In this document: positions 1 through 12,345 of the stretch, piece by piece
How the letters are laid out: each line of letters begins with the position of its first letter
Numbering within the stretch: position 1 is the first letter of the stretch
Source: Octopus bimaculoides
Lineage: Eukaryota
Assembly (NCBI RefSeq): GCF_001194135.2
Contig: NC_068983.1
Coordinates: 26,378,433 to 26,413,679 of the forward strand
Length of the DNA: 35,247 nt
Reading direction: 5' to 3'
Notes under the pieces: model-generated
The model's input: only the letters and a program-made list of their open reading frames with translations
What the model was told of the DNA's origin: nothing
Databases searched by the model: none
Position numbers and translations under genes: made by a program

Positions 1-226
1 ATATATATATATATATATATATATATACTTGTATGAGAATGTGCGTGTGCGCGGATGCGTTTATATATAAATGCACGCATGCTCATATTCACACATAAAC
101 ACACGCATACACACATGCGCGCACATACACATACACACATACGCACACACATACACACACACATAGATATACATGCTGATAGATATGTCCATGTAGTATC
201 AAGTATATATATATATATGCGTGTGA
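1..226. repeat. Compound microsatellite (AT)n/(AC)n/(GT)n
   Basis: Dinucleotide runs read directly; the ORF at 55..246 (HT/HI repeats) is an artefact of them. Confidence 0.9.
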
Positions 227-1508
227 GTGTCTATTCTCTTACATAATAGGTAATAACTTTTGACTACATCAACATTAATGTCTTTGTTACTACTTTGATT
301 AACTCAAATTTGTATATAATGATGTGGAGTTATATGTTACGTAGTACGTATATAGAAATGCGGTATATCAGTATTCATTCTGTCAGTATTTTGCTGTGGG
401 AAACACGACGTTCGTTAGTTAACTCTAAAGAGTATCAAAATGAATTAAAAGAATTTAAAACTTCACCTCTTCATTTGGTTTGAAAAACTGCCAGAGTCAA
501 ATTGGCCGATTTTTTCAAGACTATAAACTAAAATCTAGTAATAAGATGGAATGAAATCTTTTGAAATTTATACCACACCTGCCCAACATAAACTGGATTT
601 GTATCTAGCAAAATGTAATTACTATATCTTCCTTGGTATCCAGGCGTTTGTCTTTATATTTATACTGTTATTGTTTCGTTATTCAGCTACAGATCAAACT
701 TGGATGATGAAAAATGAGCATTCCATGTGTTCAGAGTTAGTCTAGCACCGTTCTATGTAATCTACTATTCCTATGTTTGAAGAATTAAGTTGTGATATGT
801 GAAATATTACATTACTTTTTCTCGAAGCCCAAACAGCTATGAAAATTTCAGTGCGTTGATGGTACGCACACGTTGCTTAACTTCATATCAATTCTAGTGG
901 AACTGTTATATTATCAAATTTGTCTCGGTAGTTGTTGTTCAATTCTTAGATTTATCTCAGACAATATATTCTGTGACATTTCTTATAACCATATTCAATC
1001 ATGTTTTAAGCAGCTTATGGCTGCTATATCTAACCGCCCAAGCGAATGTCAAGATGCTCACCCGTTGACTAATTTCATTGCGTAACCTTATGTATTCAGG
1101 ATTTATACAAATATGGCTGCCTAGTCTTAGTTAAATATCCTTAAGTAGAGAGCAAATTGATGTTGATGGCCTAATTTGATCTCTCAATCTGGTTGCGCAA
1201 CTAAATAATATAACCAGATTTCAATTAAAATTAAATGTTATTGTGCTATAATATTATTGGAGAAACGTTTTTTACATGCTTTTATAAGCTTGCTTTTAAC
1301 GTGTTGTTTTCAAAGACAAAACATTTGTTTTAATACAAACTTGTTGTTTCTTGGTTATAAAGCCAGGTCATTTCCTAACAATAATAAAGAAACAATATAC
1401 TTCCTAGTCTTTACCTTATTAAGGAAACATGAAATAATGAAAATCGTGTTGTTTCTCACATGTATTCAACATGCAGTATAATAATCTACCAGCTTCTATT
1501 ACAATAAT

Positions 1509-1730
1509 AACAAGAGCACTCAAAGTGCGCAAACCCCCGCCAAGGCAACACCAACTTCCTGTCAACGATTAGCCAGAGATGATTTTTAAAATGAGAATAT
1601 CTGAAATAAACTCTACTGCTCTCACAAACGAGAATACTAAAAATGAATCCGACCGCTATCGAAAATTAAGTAAAAAAAAAAAATAATAAATAAATAAATA
1701 ATCCAGGTACTGGTACCGGATCAATCCAAA
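1509..1730 (+). mobile_element. Interspersed repeat fragment, unclassified (possibly non-autonomous DNA/Helitron-like)
   Basis: Begins aacaagagcactcaaagtgcgcaaacccccgccaaggcaacaccaac, which I recall as the start of an abundant octopus repeat. No coding signal; class not determinable here. Confidence 0.45.
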
Positions 1731-2078
1731 AAAAGAGGTTCTCTTGCTTTCTCTTTTCACTGCTATTTACAACGTCTCGGTTTTATCTCTATAAACATTT
1801 AGGAAAAAACAAGCTATACTACATTAAAGACGAATCACGTTTCTGAGTGTATCTAACAGATTTTATGCGTAAGCACATTGAAATGGTAACAAGCATTGTT
1901 CGAAAAACTCAATCATATACTCTCAACCATTAAAAAAAATAACTGAAGGACTTCAAAACAGAACAAGGTATACAAAATTGGTTCAACGTAACCTTTGTAA
2001 TGTTAGTATACTCACAGGTCTACACAACGTGATGTTCAGGATCTTGTGGAAATCATAACGTTTGTTATATATTTGTGC

Positions 2079-2215
<137 letters not shown>

Positions 2216-2749
2216 TGTGTGAGCATGCACATGTTTTACAATGATTTACAGTGCGGGTATACCTGATTACTTAATTGTTTGCTTCAGAATAATAAGTAAC
2301 CAGGCTCCATATCAATGCAATAGCCACGAATATATCCAAGAAATCTTTGGACAATCTGTGGTTATCGCATTGCCATCGAACAGCGGAATCGGGTTGTCGG
2401 AAACTACATGCTAATCACTTGCATAGAGAACTCCCTATAATTCAAAAGCCTTATATTATTTCACACTCTCTCACGCTTATTCAGACGTATCATTGGATAT
2501 ACTGTATTAGAGCCAATTAAATGCACAACGACTTAATATTTTATTGGGTAAGTAATTCTATAATCAAAAACTAATCCTCCACATGAACAGATTATCAATT
2601 TAATACATTTACAGATAAGAATTAAAGAAATACCTTTACATACAGAAATTAAAGAAATATGTTTCGTAGATGATAAGATGTCAGTTCGTCATATATTTAT
2701 AGTGAAAAGGAAATAATGTTAGTTTGACTAGCTTCTTTAATATTACAGT

Positions 2750-3045
2750 GAAGGTGACTCACGAATGTAAGGTCGTGAGTTCAATTACCGGTGACGCGCT
2801 GTGTCCTTGAGCAAGACACTTATTTCTCGTTGTTCCAGTCCCCTCAGCGGGCAAAAATGAGTTGTACCTGCATTTCAAAGAGCCGGCCTTGTCACGCTTT
2901 GTGTGACGCTGAATCTCCCTGAGAACTACATTAGGGGTACACGTGTCTGCGGATTGCTCAACCACTTGCACGTTAATTTTACGAACAAGCTGTTCCGTTG
3001 ATCGTATCAGCTGGGACATCGTAACTTCGTAACCGACGGAGCGCT
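2750..3045 (+). mobile_element. tRNA-derived SINE with Deu/Nin-domain-like core
   Basis: Pol III B-box-like gagttcaattacc (2777-2789) followed by tgtgtccttgagcaagacactt...ttgttccagtcccctcagc...aaatgagt, resembling the conserved Deu/Nin SINE core. Confidence 0.65.
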
Positions 3046-3689
3046 CCTTAATTCATATTACAAATGGCTGAATTCATGCCTGTATGACAACATAGCATCA
3101 TATAGTTATCTATATTGCCTTCTATATGACTATACGCAATACTTGAATATGTATAATTTTAAATATGAACGCACAGGCACTCGTAAACATAATACATGTG
3201 CATTCCTTGTATTGGGCTCCCAACAGGACTACGAGTCACAGGAGGTGATGTTATAAAATATGTTCTGTCTTGAGTATTTAAACAAATCTTGCCGCATATA
3301 TTTCCGTGTATAACGAAAGTGTTTCTTACACAATGTAAGAGAAAAGAACTGACCCCGTTCTGGACTGGTATAAATTTGTCGACAAGCAAGATTGAGGGTC
3401 AAATTTAACTAGACTAACAGGATGGATAATGCATGACATTCTCTCCAGCACTCACAAGATTTGCCGCCCCATAATACACAGATATGCACACTCACACACG
3501 CAGAAGCATACACTACACGCTCACGTTCTCATTGATGTAAACGTTTCTGACGCCGATTATGATTCCTCTGTTACGAAGAGTTTAATTGAATTGAATACAC
3601 CGATTTGCATGAGTAAAGCATCCATGCAAAATATTTTGATGAATAAAATAGCGGGATGTTAAGCGTTGCGTTTTAATGCTACGCAGTAC

Positions 3690-3916
3690 TACGTGTGGGT
3701 GCTGAAAATTTCCTGGTTTAAAGGTGTCGCGAAAGGCATGACTGGAGGCCCAACCTTCTAAGTTCTTTTACAGGGCTTAAAAACTTGAAGGACCATTGCA
3801 ATAAGTGTGTAAATCTGAGACGGGAATATGTTAAATAAAATTATAATTAACTGATTCTCCTGTATTATATTTTTTTTTACCCAAACCCAGAAATTTTCAG
3901 CACCCAATCCCCCGTA
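3690..3916 (+). mobile_element. Mariner-derived MITE (~225 bp) carrying the transposase C-terminal tip
   Basis: TIRs gggtgctgaaaatttcctggttt (from 3697) and aaacccagaaattttcagcaccc (3883-3905), TA near both ends. Interior reads FTGLKNLKDHCNKCVNLRREYVK*, matching the mariner C-terminal pattern G..L..RW.KCV...G.YVE. Confidence 0.85.
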
Positions 3917-4744
3917 AACAGTATGCGTTTAGATGTGTAACACTTCACTTTTTCCAAAGGGGAATCGTTGGTTTCGGTTCAAAATTGGCCGAAATCCATC
4001 ACTTGCAACGGAAACTATATTAAGCTGCAGTTTAATAAAAGGGATGATTAGCGCACACACACAAAAATAAACATGCAATTTAAATGATGAATGTTAATAA
4101 GAAAAGCTATTCCCATATTTCTATGACATTCAACTTAACCCACCTTTGTACGGATAACTTCTAAACATTTTCTGTTTACAACATTCTAGTGAGAAATGTA
4201 TCAGACTTACCGAAGTTATAACTAAATATTTACTGATGGTGCCAAGATGTGAAATTAAATTCGGAAATACACGACTGCGAAACGAATATCTTAACGAGAC
4301 ACTAATGTTTGAATTTATTAAGTTCCAATTTTTTAAGCTCATATGAGTTCGTGTGTCGATTGGGATATCATATAAGGCAATCGACCGCATGGTACTCTTA
4401 TTGGTCTTCACTTGTCCCTACTTCTGATGTGTGTGTGTGTGTGTGTGTATGTTTATGTATGTTTGTTTGTATATATGGATATGCAGGCACGGGCATTAAT
4501 ATCGATACAACCTTATAAATAATTTCATCTCTTACACTCATTCATTAATACCTAAAAGCGCCAACATATGCTTGCGTCCATGAATTAGCATGTACACACT
4601 CAAGTATAACAACAATAACAATGATATTAAGTTTTTTTTTTTTAAATAGAAACATTTCTAGGTATTTTCTGCATGGATTAGTCGCTTAGAGCTACCTGGG
4701 GTACTTCACTAGTACTTCATATTATAGATTTCAAAATGTGGTTA

Positions 4745-4940
4745 TGTGACAGAATACATAGCACACCAGAGAAAATGCTTAGCGGCATTTCGTCTGTCTC
4801 TGCCTTCTGAGTTCTAGTTTACCTCTCATCCTTTCTGGATCAATGATATAAGTAATGCCCTATCACTGGCATCTATGTAAAATACTAGCCTGCACCTCCC
4901 CTACAAATTTCAGGCTGTGTGCCAATACAAGAAAAGGATT
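4745..4940 (+). mobile_element. Degenerate octopus-type tRNA SINE
   Basis: aaatgcttagcggcatttcgtctgtc...ttctgagttc...catcctttc and tail aaatttcaggctgtgtgccaata, homologous to the copy at 11514. Confidence 0.75.
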
Positions 4941-4954
4941 TTATGGATTACGAA

Positions 4955-5180
4955 AAATCGAAGATTGACCTCAGCTGGTTTTGAACATGTTAAACAGTTG
5001 TAACTTTTTTCGTCCGATGCTCAAACAGTTCAGTCAATCCACTGCCCTATATTCCGATATACACGCAACGACAACGATTTCGATAGACGAGGTAGTTAGC
5101 CGATTAAATCGACAACAGTACAGGGCAGGTATGTAATTCTATGGAAGCGAAATACTCCACCAAGGTAAGACTTCGGATTG
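4955..5180 (-). mobile_element. Two degenerate SINE fragments, minus strand
   Basis: gattgacctcagctggttttgaac (reverse-complement B-box region) and gattaaatcgacaacagtac, reverse-complement matches to the same SINE family. Confidence 0.55.
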
Positions 5181-5394
5181 AAAGGAAAAGGGCTTAGACT
5201 AATCGTAGGAAAGAGATCCTGTAATGACAACTAGCACAGCAACAACAAATTACCGCAATTAATAAATTTGAGAATGAAAGAAGAGCAACAATCACTATTA
5301 TATAGTATCACGAATATAACCTAAACGCATATAGAAAAAAGTAGATGTATTTATTTATTTATTTATATCTACAATATATATATAAACAAAATTG

Positions 5395-5453
5395 AACGTT
5401 TACGTATATATGCATACAAGTGCATGCACTTCACATATAGTTGTGCATACATG

Positions 5454-5497
<44 letters not shown>

Positions 5498-5627
5498 TGT
5501 AAGTATGTATATATGCACATGCATATAAGTCTACACATGTGTGCATGTGTGTGATTTGCGTTTATATATAATATATATACATATATATGTATATATCTTA
5601 TCTGTCTCCCTCCCCCCCCTCTCTCTC

Positions 5628-5710
<83 letters not shown>

Positions 5711-5784
5711 ATACATAGAAACACACACACACACACATATATATGCGTATACTTGTACAAAAATACATATACACACACAAATGG

Positions 5785-5818
<34 letters not shown>

Positions 5819-5825
5819 ATATACA
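5395..5825. repeat. Compound microsatellite (AT)n/(CT)n/(AC)n/(GT)n
   Basis: Direct reading; explains ORFs 5531..5776 and 5541..5885. Confidence 0.9.
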
Positions 5826-6299
5826 TTTATTGCTTTTAATGGGGAGGGCCAGTTTATGGGGTTAGCCGGGGTTTCCCGTCCATAAAGGTGTATGTATTTA
5901 AATGCTCTTTTGCATGGACCAAAAATGTGTGTGTGTGAATTTATGAAAACAAGTTGACATTCAATCTAAGTATTGTTAACCCTTTATTTTGAGAGGTCAA
6001 GAGATATTTTTTTTACAAAGTCGGTGATACCGGAATTTATCTATGGATGTGTGCGCAGGAGAGCGTGTACGTGTGAGTGCTTATGTCTCTATGCAGATAT
6101 GCATGTTTCACGTGTGTTTGCGATTAATTTAGTCTGCGCGTATATAAATACAAGTGCATCAACATTTGAAGTTATGTCTATATATGTTCACCTATATGTA
6201 TACATACATGTCGATAATGCAGGTATGGTAGCGTGTTTTCAAGCAACCGTTCTGCCACACACGTGGGTACATAACATGGCATATAATTCCATTACATAC

Positions 6300-6303
6300 A
6301 ATG

Positions 6304-6358
<55 letters not shown>

Positions 6359-6632
6359 TGTGTATTTTCGGATATATGTATATATATATGTATATATATA
6401 TANNNNNNNNNNNNNNNNNNNNNNNNNNNNNNNNNNNNNNNNNNNNNNNNNNNNNNNNNNNNNNNNNNNNNNNNNNNNNNNNNNNNNNNNNNNNNNNNNN
6501 NNNNNNNNNNNNNNNNNNNNNNNNNNNNNNNNNNNNNNNNNNNNNNNNNNNNNNNNNNNNNNNNNNNNNNNNNNNNNNNNNNNNNNNNNNNNNNNNNNAT
6601 ATACATATACATATATATATATATATATACAT

Positions 6633-6684
<52 letters not shown>

Positions 6685-6730
6685 ACACACAGACATGTAC
6701 CTATGCATTTGCAATTTTCATGCACATATA
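6300..6730. repeat. Microsatellite array containing assembly gap 6403-6598
   Basis: (AT)/(GT) runs, N-run, then (AT)/(AC) runs. Confidence 0.9.
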
Positions 6731-7194
6731 AATAGATAAATTTAGATTTTATTAGACACGTTTCAGTGCAAACTTACCTCCCTTTCAGTAATGTGGTACA
6801 TGCAGGAGCAGTAGTTATTCTTAGTTACCTCCCTACTGTAGCAGTCTGGTATCTGGATTTAAATTCTCAGTGTTTTGTTTTTCCTCTCTGCTTTGTAGAT
6901 TTTGCTTTCTTTGTTGTTTGTTTTTTATTCGAAAGATACACTTGTAATTTTTATTCAGTTATCTCATGGGCCAGCTGTTGTCGAAAGTATTAATGTTGTT
7001 TAGAACCCATCGTTGCTCTTAGTTGTAGCCCTGTGAATTGCGGTAGTGAGCTACGTGAGTTTATCAGAGAACGTAAACGTTCATAATAGCTTTATGCGGT
7101 ACTTGGCATGTGCACGTATAGATCGAGTTTTCTTATTTAGCTGCTAGGAAACAATGAACGCCCACATGCACATAGTCTATGCAAATAATGAAAA

Positions 7195-7346
7195 AAATAC
7201 ACACACACACACACACACACTTATACGATGAATATACACTCAAAAACAATATATACAAGATTACACATGTGAAATCATGTTTACACACAAAAGACAAATG
7301 CAAATTTAGTGTGTGTGTGTATGTGTGTGCGTGTGTGCGTGTGTGC

Positions 7347-7378
<32 letters not shown>

Positions 7379-8069
7379 NNNNNNNNNNNNNNNNNNNNNN
7401 NNNNNNNNNNNNNNNNNNNNNNNNNNNNNNNNNNNNNNNNNNNNNNNNNNNNNNNNNNNNNNNNNNNNNNNNNNNNNNNNNNNNNNNNNNNNNNNNNNNN
7501 NNNNNNNNNNNNNNNNNNNNNNNNNNNNNNNNNNNNNNNNNNNNNNNNNNNNNNNNNNNNNNNNNNNNNNNNNNNNNNNNNNNNNNNNNNNNNNNNNNNN
7601 NNNNNNNNNNNNNNNNNNNNNNNNNNNNNNNNNNNNNNNNNNNNNNNNNNNNNNNNNNNNNNNNNNNNNNNNNNNNNNNNNNNNNNNNNNNNNNNNNNNN
7701 NNNNNNNNNNNNNNNNNNNNNNNNNNNNNNNNNNNNNNNNNNNNNNNNNNNNNNNNNNNNNNNNNNNNNNNNNNNNNNNNNNNNNNNNNNNNNNNNNNNN
7801 NNNNNNNNNNNNNNNNNNNNNNNNNNNNNNNNNNNNNNNNNNNNNNNNNNNNNNNNNNNNNNNNNNNNNNNNNNNNNNNNNNNNNNNNNNNNNNNNNNNN
7901 NNNNNNNNNNNNNNNNNNNNNNNNNNNNNNNNNNNNNNNNNNNNNNNNNNNNNNNNNNNNNNNNNNNNNNNNNNTATATATTTATATATATATATAACAC
8001 ATATATATAAATATATATGTATATGTATATACATATATATGTATATGTATACGTATATGCATATGCATG

Positions 8070-8134
<65 letters not shown>

Positions 8135-8268
8135 ATGTATGTATGTATGTATGCGTGTATGTATCTACATTTCGGTCGTTGAATACGTTACACACACATG
8201 ATAAACACGCGCACTTATACACAGATATACAGCATACCTACATATATAAAAATGTACACATACCTATG

Positions 8269-8316
<48 letters not shown>

Positions 8317-8410
8317 CGCCTGTTTGTGTGAGCGTGGTTTGTGTGCGTTTATGTGTGTGTGCGTGTGTGTGTGCGTGTGTGTAAGTGCGTGTGTATGTGT
8401 GTGTGTTGCA
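7195..8410. repeat. Microsatellite array containing assembly gap 7379-7974
   Basis: (AC), (GT), (AT) and (GTAT) runs around the N-run. Confidence 0.85.
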
Positions 8411-8534
8411 CTCAGGATTGCAAATATATGGTTTCGAATCTCAGACCAGGGATACCTTATATTTTTCACCATGACACTTCAATTTAACCTGTACGCAATC
8501 TACTCAACACTAACACTGCGACGGACTGACATAC

Positions 8535-8615
8535 CTTCGAAGGGGGCATGCTTTGAACTCAGGCAATTTATTATACGACAGAGAAACTGGATAACCAACA
8601 TTATGAGTTCGAAGA
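8535..8615 (-). CDS. Candidate 81-nt internal exon, unknown gene
   Basis: Acceptor atttctttttcaag and donor AG|gtatgt; length divisible by 3. Two open frames: LRTHNVGYPVSLSYNKLPEFKACPLR or FELIMLVIQFLCRIINCLSSKHAPFE. No family recognised. Confidence 0.3.
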
Positions 8616-8649
8616 CTTGAAAAAGAAATGTCCAGGGTACTTATTTTAA

Positions 8650-8688
8650 CGTGTTATATATATATATATACGTATGTATATGTGTCCA

Positions 8689-8733
<45 letters not shown>

Positions 8734-8803
8734 TTACGTGTGTGCCTGTGTTTGAGCGCGTTCGTATGTGCGTGTTTGTGTGTAGGTATGCATTTTATAC
8801 GCG

Positions 8804-8867
<64 letters not shown>

Positions 8868-8905
8868 TGTGTGTGCGTGTGTGTGTGTGTGTGCGTGTGT
8901 GTTCT
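8650..8905. repeat. Compound (AT)n/(GT)n microsatellite
   Basis: Direct reading. Confidence 0.9.
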
Positions 8906-9314
8906 TTTTTATGCAGGTATGCCTGTACGTATATACTAAACCGCAAGCCGCCATATGACAGATAATTTTCTGGCTATGCTTTCTGCACTATGGGAAATAT
9001 TAAAGAATAATGCAAACATACAATAGTCATAATTAAATTCTGGTCTTCTTTTTTATTTGTGTTTATAGAATATGACGTAATGAATAATAATTGTTAAATG
9101 AGAACAAAAAGCATATTTATTGACTTAAAATAACATTTAATGAATTAAAATTCTCATATGTATATTTGCAATCAATATGTTATCTTTAAAAATTTATCAG
9201 CACAACCACACGGTCCCCCATCGAAGATAATTCTCTCAAAAGTATTCATAAAAATGTGTGTTTATTGGATATTATATTACACTTATTCTTCACATTCTAT
9301 GATATTTCTTTCTC

Positions 9315-9336
9315 CATCTCTCTTTTATTCTCTCTC

Positions 9337-9383
<47 letters not shown>

Positions 9384-9585
9384 CCTCTTTTTTCTCTCTC
9401 TCTCTCTCTCTCTCCGTGCGTCTGTATAAGATATAAAGTGAGGCAGGAGACATGAGCCAGGCAATATTTTCTACGGGACAGACACGCGCACACATACGCA
9501 CATCTGCACACGCAAACACACATGCACGCAAGCTGACACATGCACACTCACTCACACTCACACACACACACATATGTATATATAA
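9315..9585. repeat. (CT)n and (AC)n microsatellites
   Basis: Direct reading. Confidence 0.85.
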
Positions 9586-9594
9586 ACCTATATA

Positions 9595-10422
9595 CGGGGT
9601 GTTTTCAGGCTAAACTTGCCCATTGTTTGTCCCTTTTTGTGAAGATTATCTTGATATATTCGTTAACAGTGAACGGCGTTGCAGATCATATATATTAAAG
9701 CTATAGTTGAGAAAAAGGCAGCTGATATAGAGGACTGCAAGCCATATGAATACTAGAAAATTCTTACCTGTATAACGATTACTCGCGCCGGGTATCAAAA
9801 TGCCGATATCATGACATTTGCTCAATGCTCTCTAAACACAGTAAAAGTTGTCGGATATGACATGGACAGCTACAGCGGTGACTACGGAGCTGTAGTTAAC
9901 GTGGATGGATACATCAAGGTTTCTGACTACGATCGCACTCCGGAATTCACCTAACTATTGATAAACAAGGCTTTAGGCTCAGTTCAGATGCATATGATAA
10001 AGTAGCCATACCTCCTCAAGCTGTCAGAAGTGGTTGCTAGAGAATTTCTACGACCACAATAGCTCCAATTTCTAGACCCTTTATTTCTCCGATTGTAACC
10101 CCATGGATTACTATCTGTGAGATGCGGTTGAGGAAGACAACATACATTCTCCTTTCAGCGCTAAGACCTAATTGGTGAGCAAGATGAAAATAGTGTTTGG
10201 AGATCGTCCAGGCGGCACACTGAGGAACGCATGCACCACATTCCGGAGCTGTCTTGTGGCTGTAAAGGAAGCTGAAGGCGGCAGCGTTGAGTAAACCATT
10301 TCCTCCCAGCATGAAAATCGTTGACGTTATTTTGATGATTGAAAACAGATTTAATTTTAGATGGAATATTGTGTTTACTTCTTTATTTTATGAAAATTGT
10401 AATATCTAACCCGAACACCCAG
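9595..10422 (+). mobile_element. Internally deleted maT/DD37D-like Tc1-mariner element (~830 bp), transposase pseudogene
   Basis: TA-flanked degenerate TIRs (ta-cggggtgttttcaggcta / taacccgaacacccag-ta). N-terminal ITRAGYQNADIMTFAQCSLNTVKVVGYDMDSYSGDY (from 9778). C-terminal QKWLLENFYDH...SDCNPMDYYL*DAVEED...NACTTFRSCLVAVKEAEGGSVE* (10025-10294) with in-frame stops. maT assignment is by similarity to the 27407 element. Confidence 0.85.
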
Positions 10423-10499
10423 TATCTATATGTTTATCGTTTATCTTCTACCGTAGAACTCATTAGGCTAGCTTTATGACCAAGACCAAGCTCACATTT

Positions 10500-10700
10500 C
10501 CCAGAACTACAAACTGGTTTCAAATTCAACAATTTTGAAGTGAAACGACCGTTCGATTATATTTCTAGCACTACTTATCTTGCATTGTAATTTATCGAAC
10601 TTGAAAATAGAAAAAGCACAGTTAAACTTTGTGCGATTTGAACTCAGAAACTAAAGCGACTGATATAACGCTAGATACTTTGTCTCACCTGCTGAAGATG
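10500..10700 (-). mobile_element. Degenerate octopus-type SINE
   Basis: atttgaactcagaa (reverse-complement B-box) and ctcacctgc (reverse-complement head). Confidence 0.6.
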
Positions 10701-11067
10701 ATGGCAAATCGCCGTCCTTTGTACGTGCGCGCGTGCGTTTGTGCGTGTGTGTGTGTGCGCGCGTGCATGTGTGTGTATGTGTGTGAGTGTCACTGTGTGT
10801 GTATGAATAGATTGATAGAGAGAAAGACTTGAGATAACAGAGAAATAGATAGATAGAAGAACATTAGATAGATAGAACATTAGTATCAGAAGGCGCTACC
10901 TTGTGTGTGAAAGTAGCATTGTATCCGTTCCATATTTAGATTTTCTTTCAGTATGCATCTACCACCAAATAAAGAGGTAGTATTTTATTGCTGCATTTGT
11001 GAGTCATAACTTGGCCCAGCAATAAACATCTGATGGATATTTAAATTCAAAGAATAAGAGTGTGGTC

Positions 11068-11255
11068 AGGGTGGTGAGCTGGTCAAATCGTTACAGCGCC
11101 AAAGAAAACGATTAGCAGTATTGTTCTGGCCATATGTTCTGAGTTCAAATGTCACGAGGCCGACTTTGCTGTACATCTTGAGTACTGGGGTTTATATAAT
11201 CGATTAGGTACTTCACAAAAATTGTAGACCTAAGGCCTACAATTTTAAAAACCGT
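11068..11255 (+). mobile_element. Octopus-type SINE, internally shortened
   Basis: ggtggtgagctggtcaaatcgtta...gttctgagttcaaat...gactttgc...gagtactggggttt. Confidence 0.75.
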
Positions 11256-11513
11256 CTAATGTGGAGAGTCGGTGACTGACAAAAGCTTCGGTGGTTCGGC
11301 CGTAGATGGATTATGCTACAAGCAATTCTGTCATTGTCATGCGAATATGTACAAGAGAGGCAGTGTGTCGATCAGAACGGGTTTCCCTACGTGTATACAA
11401 TACAGAAGAATACGCTCAGAAACTGTAGGTTCGAATCTTATGTGCAACCATCGCTGATATCCACGATATTTGAAACCGGTCTTTATGCGCTATAATTTAT
11501 AGTGATCCTAAAA

Positions 11514-11740
11514 GGCGGTGAGCTGGCAGAATCTTTAGCACGCCGGGCAATAGGATTAGCGGTATTTCGCCCGACTCTCCGTTCTGAGTTCAAATTCCGC
11601 CGAGATCGATTTTGCCTTTCATCTTTTTCGGGATCGCTGAAATAACTGCAAGTTCAGAAGTGGGGGTGAGAGTGGTTGACGTAATCGACCTAGACACTTG
11701 CTCCAAATTTCAGACCATGACCCTAAAGTAGAAAGCACTA
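11514..11740 (+). mobile_element. Near full-length octopus-type tRNA SINE
   Basis: ggcggtgagctggcagaatctttagcacgccgggc...B-box gagttcaaattcc (11586-11598)...gcctttcatc...gtaatcgac...aaatttcagacc. Confidence 0.9.
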
Positions 11741-12044
11741 TTTATAGTGTACATGCTTCAAGTTTAGCCATAAAAAAAACGAATTATAACATGTATGTGT
11801 GTGTGTGTACTCACACATTTATGTGTCTATGTTCATAAATTTATTGAAGATGCTTCATTAGATGTGCAGGAAACAGTAGTGAATGAAATAAAGGTGACGA
11901 CGATCGTTTTTATCAGGTTCAGGTTGATTTGGTAAGGAACGATGCTCCGTAAAGGGACTCAATAAAAAATTATTTTGTGGAAACTGACCGTTGTGACTTG
12001 TATGATGTCATCTAAATGTAAATCCCATGCATTTTGTGTCATGT

Positions 12045-12246
12045 ATATATTATTATTATTATTATTATTATCATTACATATATATATATCTGTGTATGCA
12101 CATATGAATTTATCTGTTCGCAACCAGTTACACATATCCACGTATATATGTATGTGTGTGTATATGTACAAATGTACGTGTGTTTATGCATCATCTATCT
12201 ATTTATCTACTCCTCTCTCTATCTCTCTCTCTCTCTCTCTCTCTCA

Positions 12247-12307
<61 letters not shown>

Positions 12308-12345
12308 NNNNNNNNNNNNNNNNNNNNNNNTATATATATGAGTAT
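12045..12345. repeat. (ATT)n/(CT)n/(AC)n/(AT)n array with gap 12308-12330
   Basis: Direct reading. Confidence 0.85.

Noticed and set aside
6300-6730. Mirror (GT)n...(AC)n arrangement around a gap, with Z-DNA or foldback potential
   Set aside because: Ordinary for such microsatellite-rich genomes, and the middle is unsequenced.
11250-11500. GC-elevated block with ~60-aa ORFs on both strands
   Set aside because: Weak splice signals and no recognisable motif; cannot be supported as coding.
11514-11600. tRNA gene
   Set aside because: The B-box belongs to a tRNA-derived SINE head; no cloverleaf, and it continues into SINE body.
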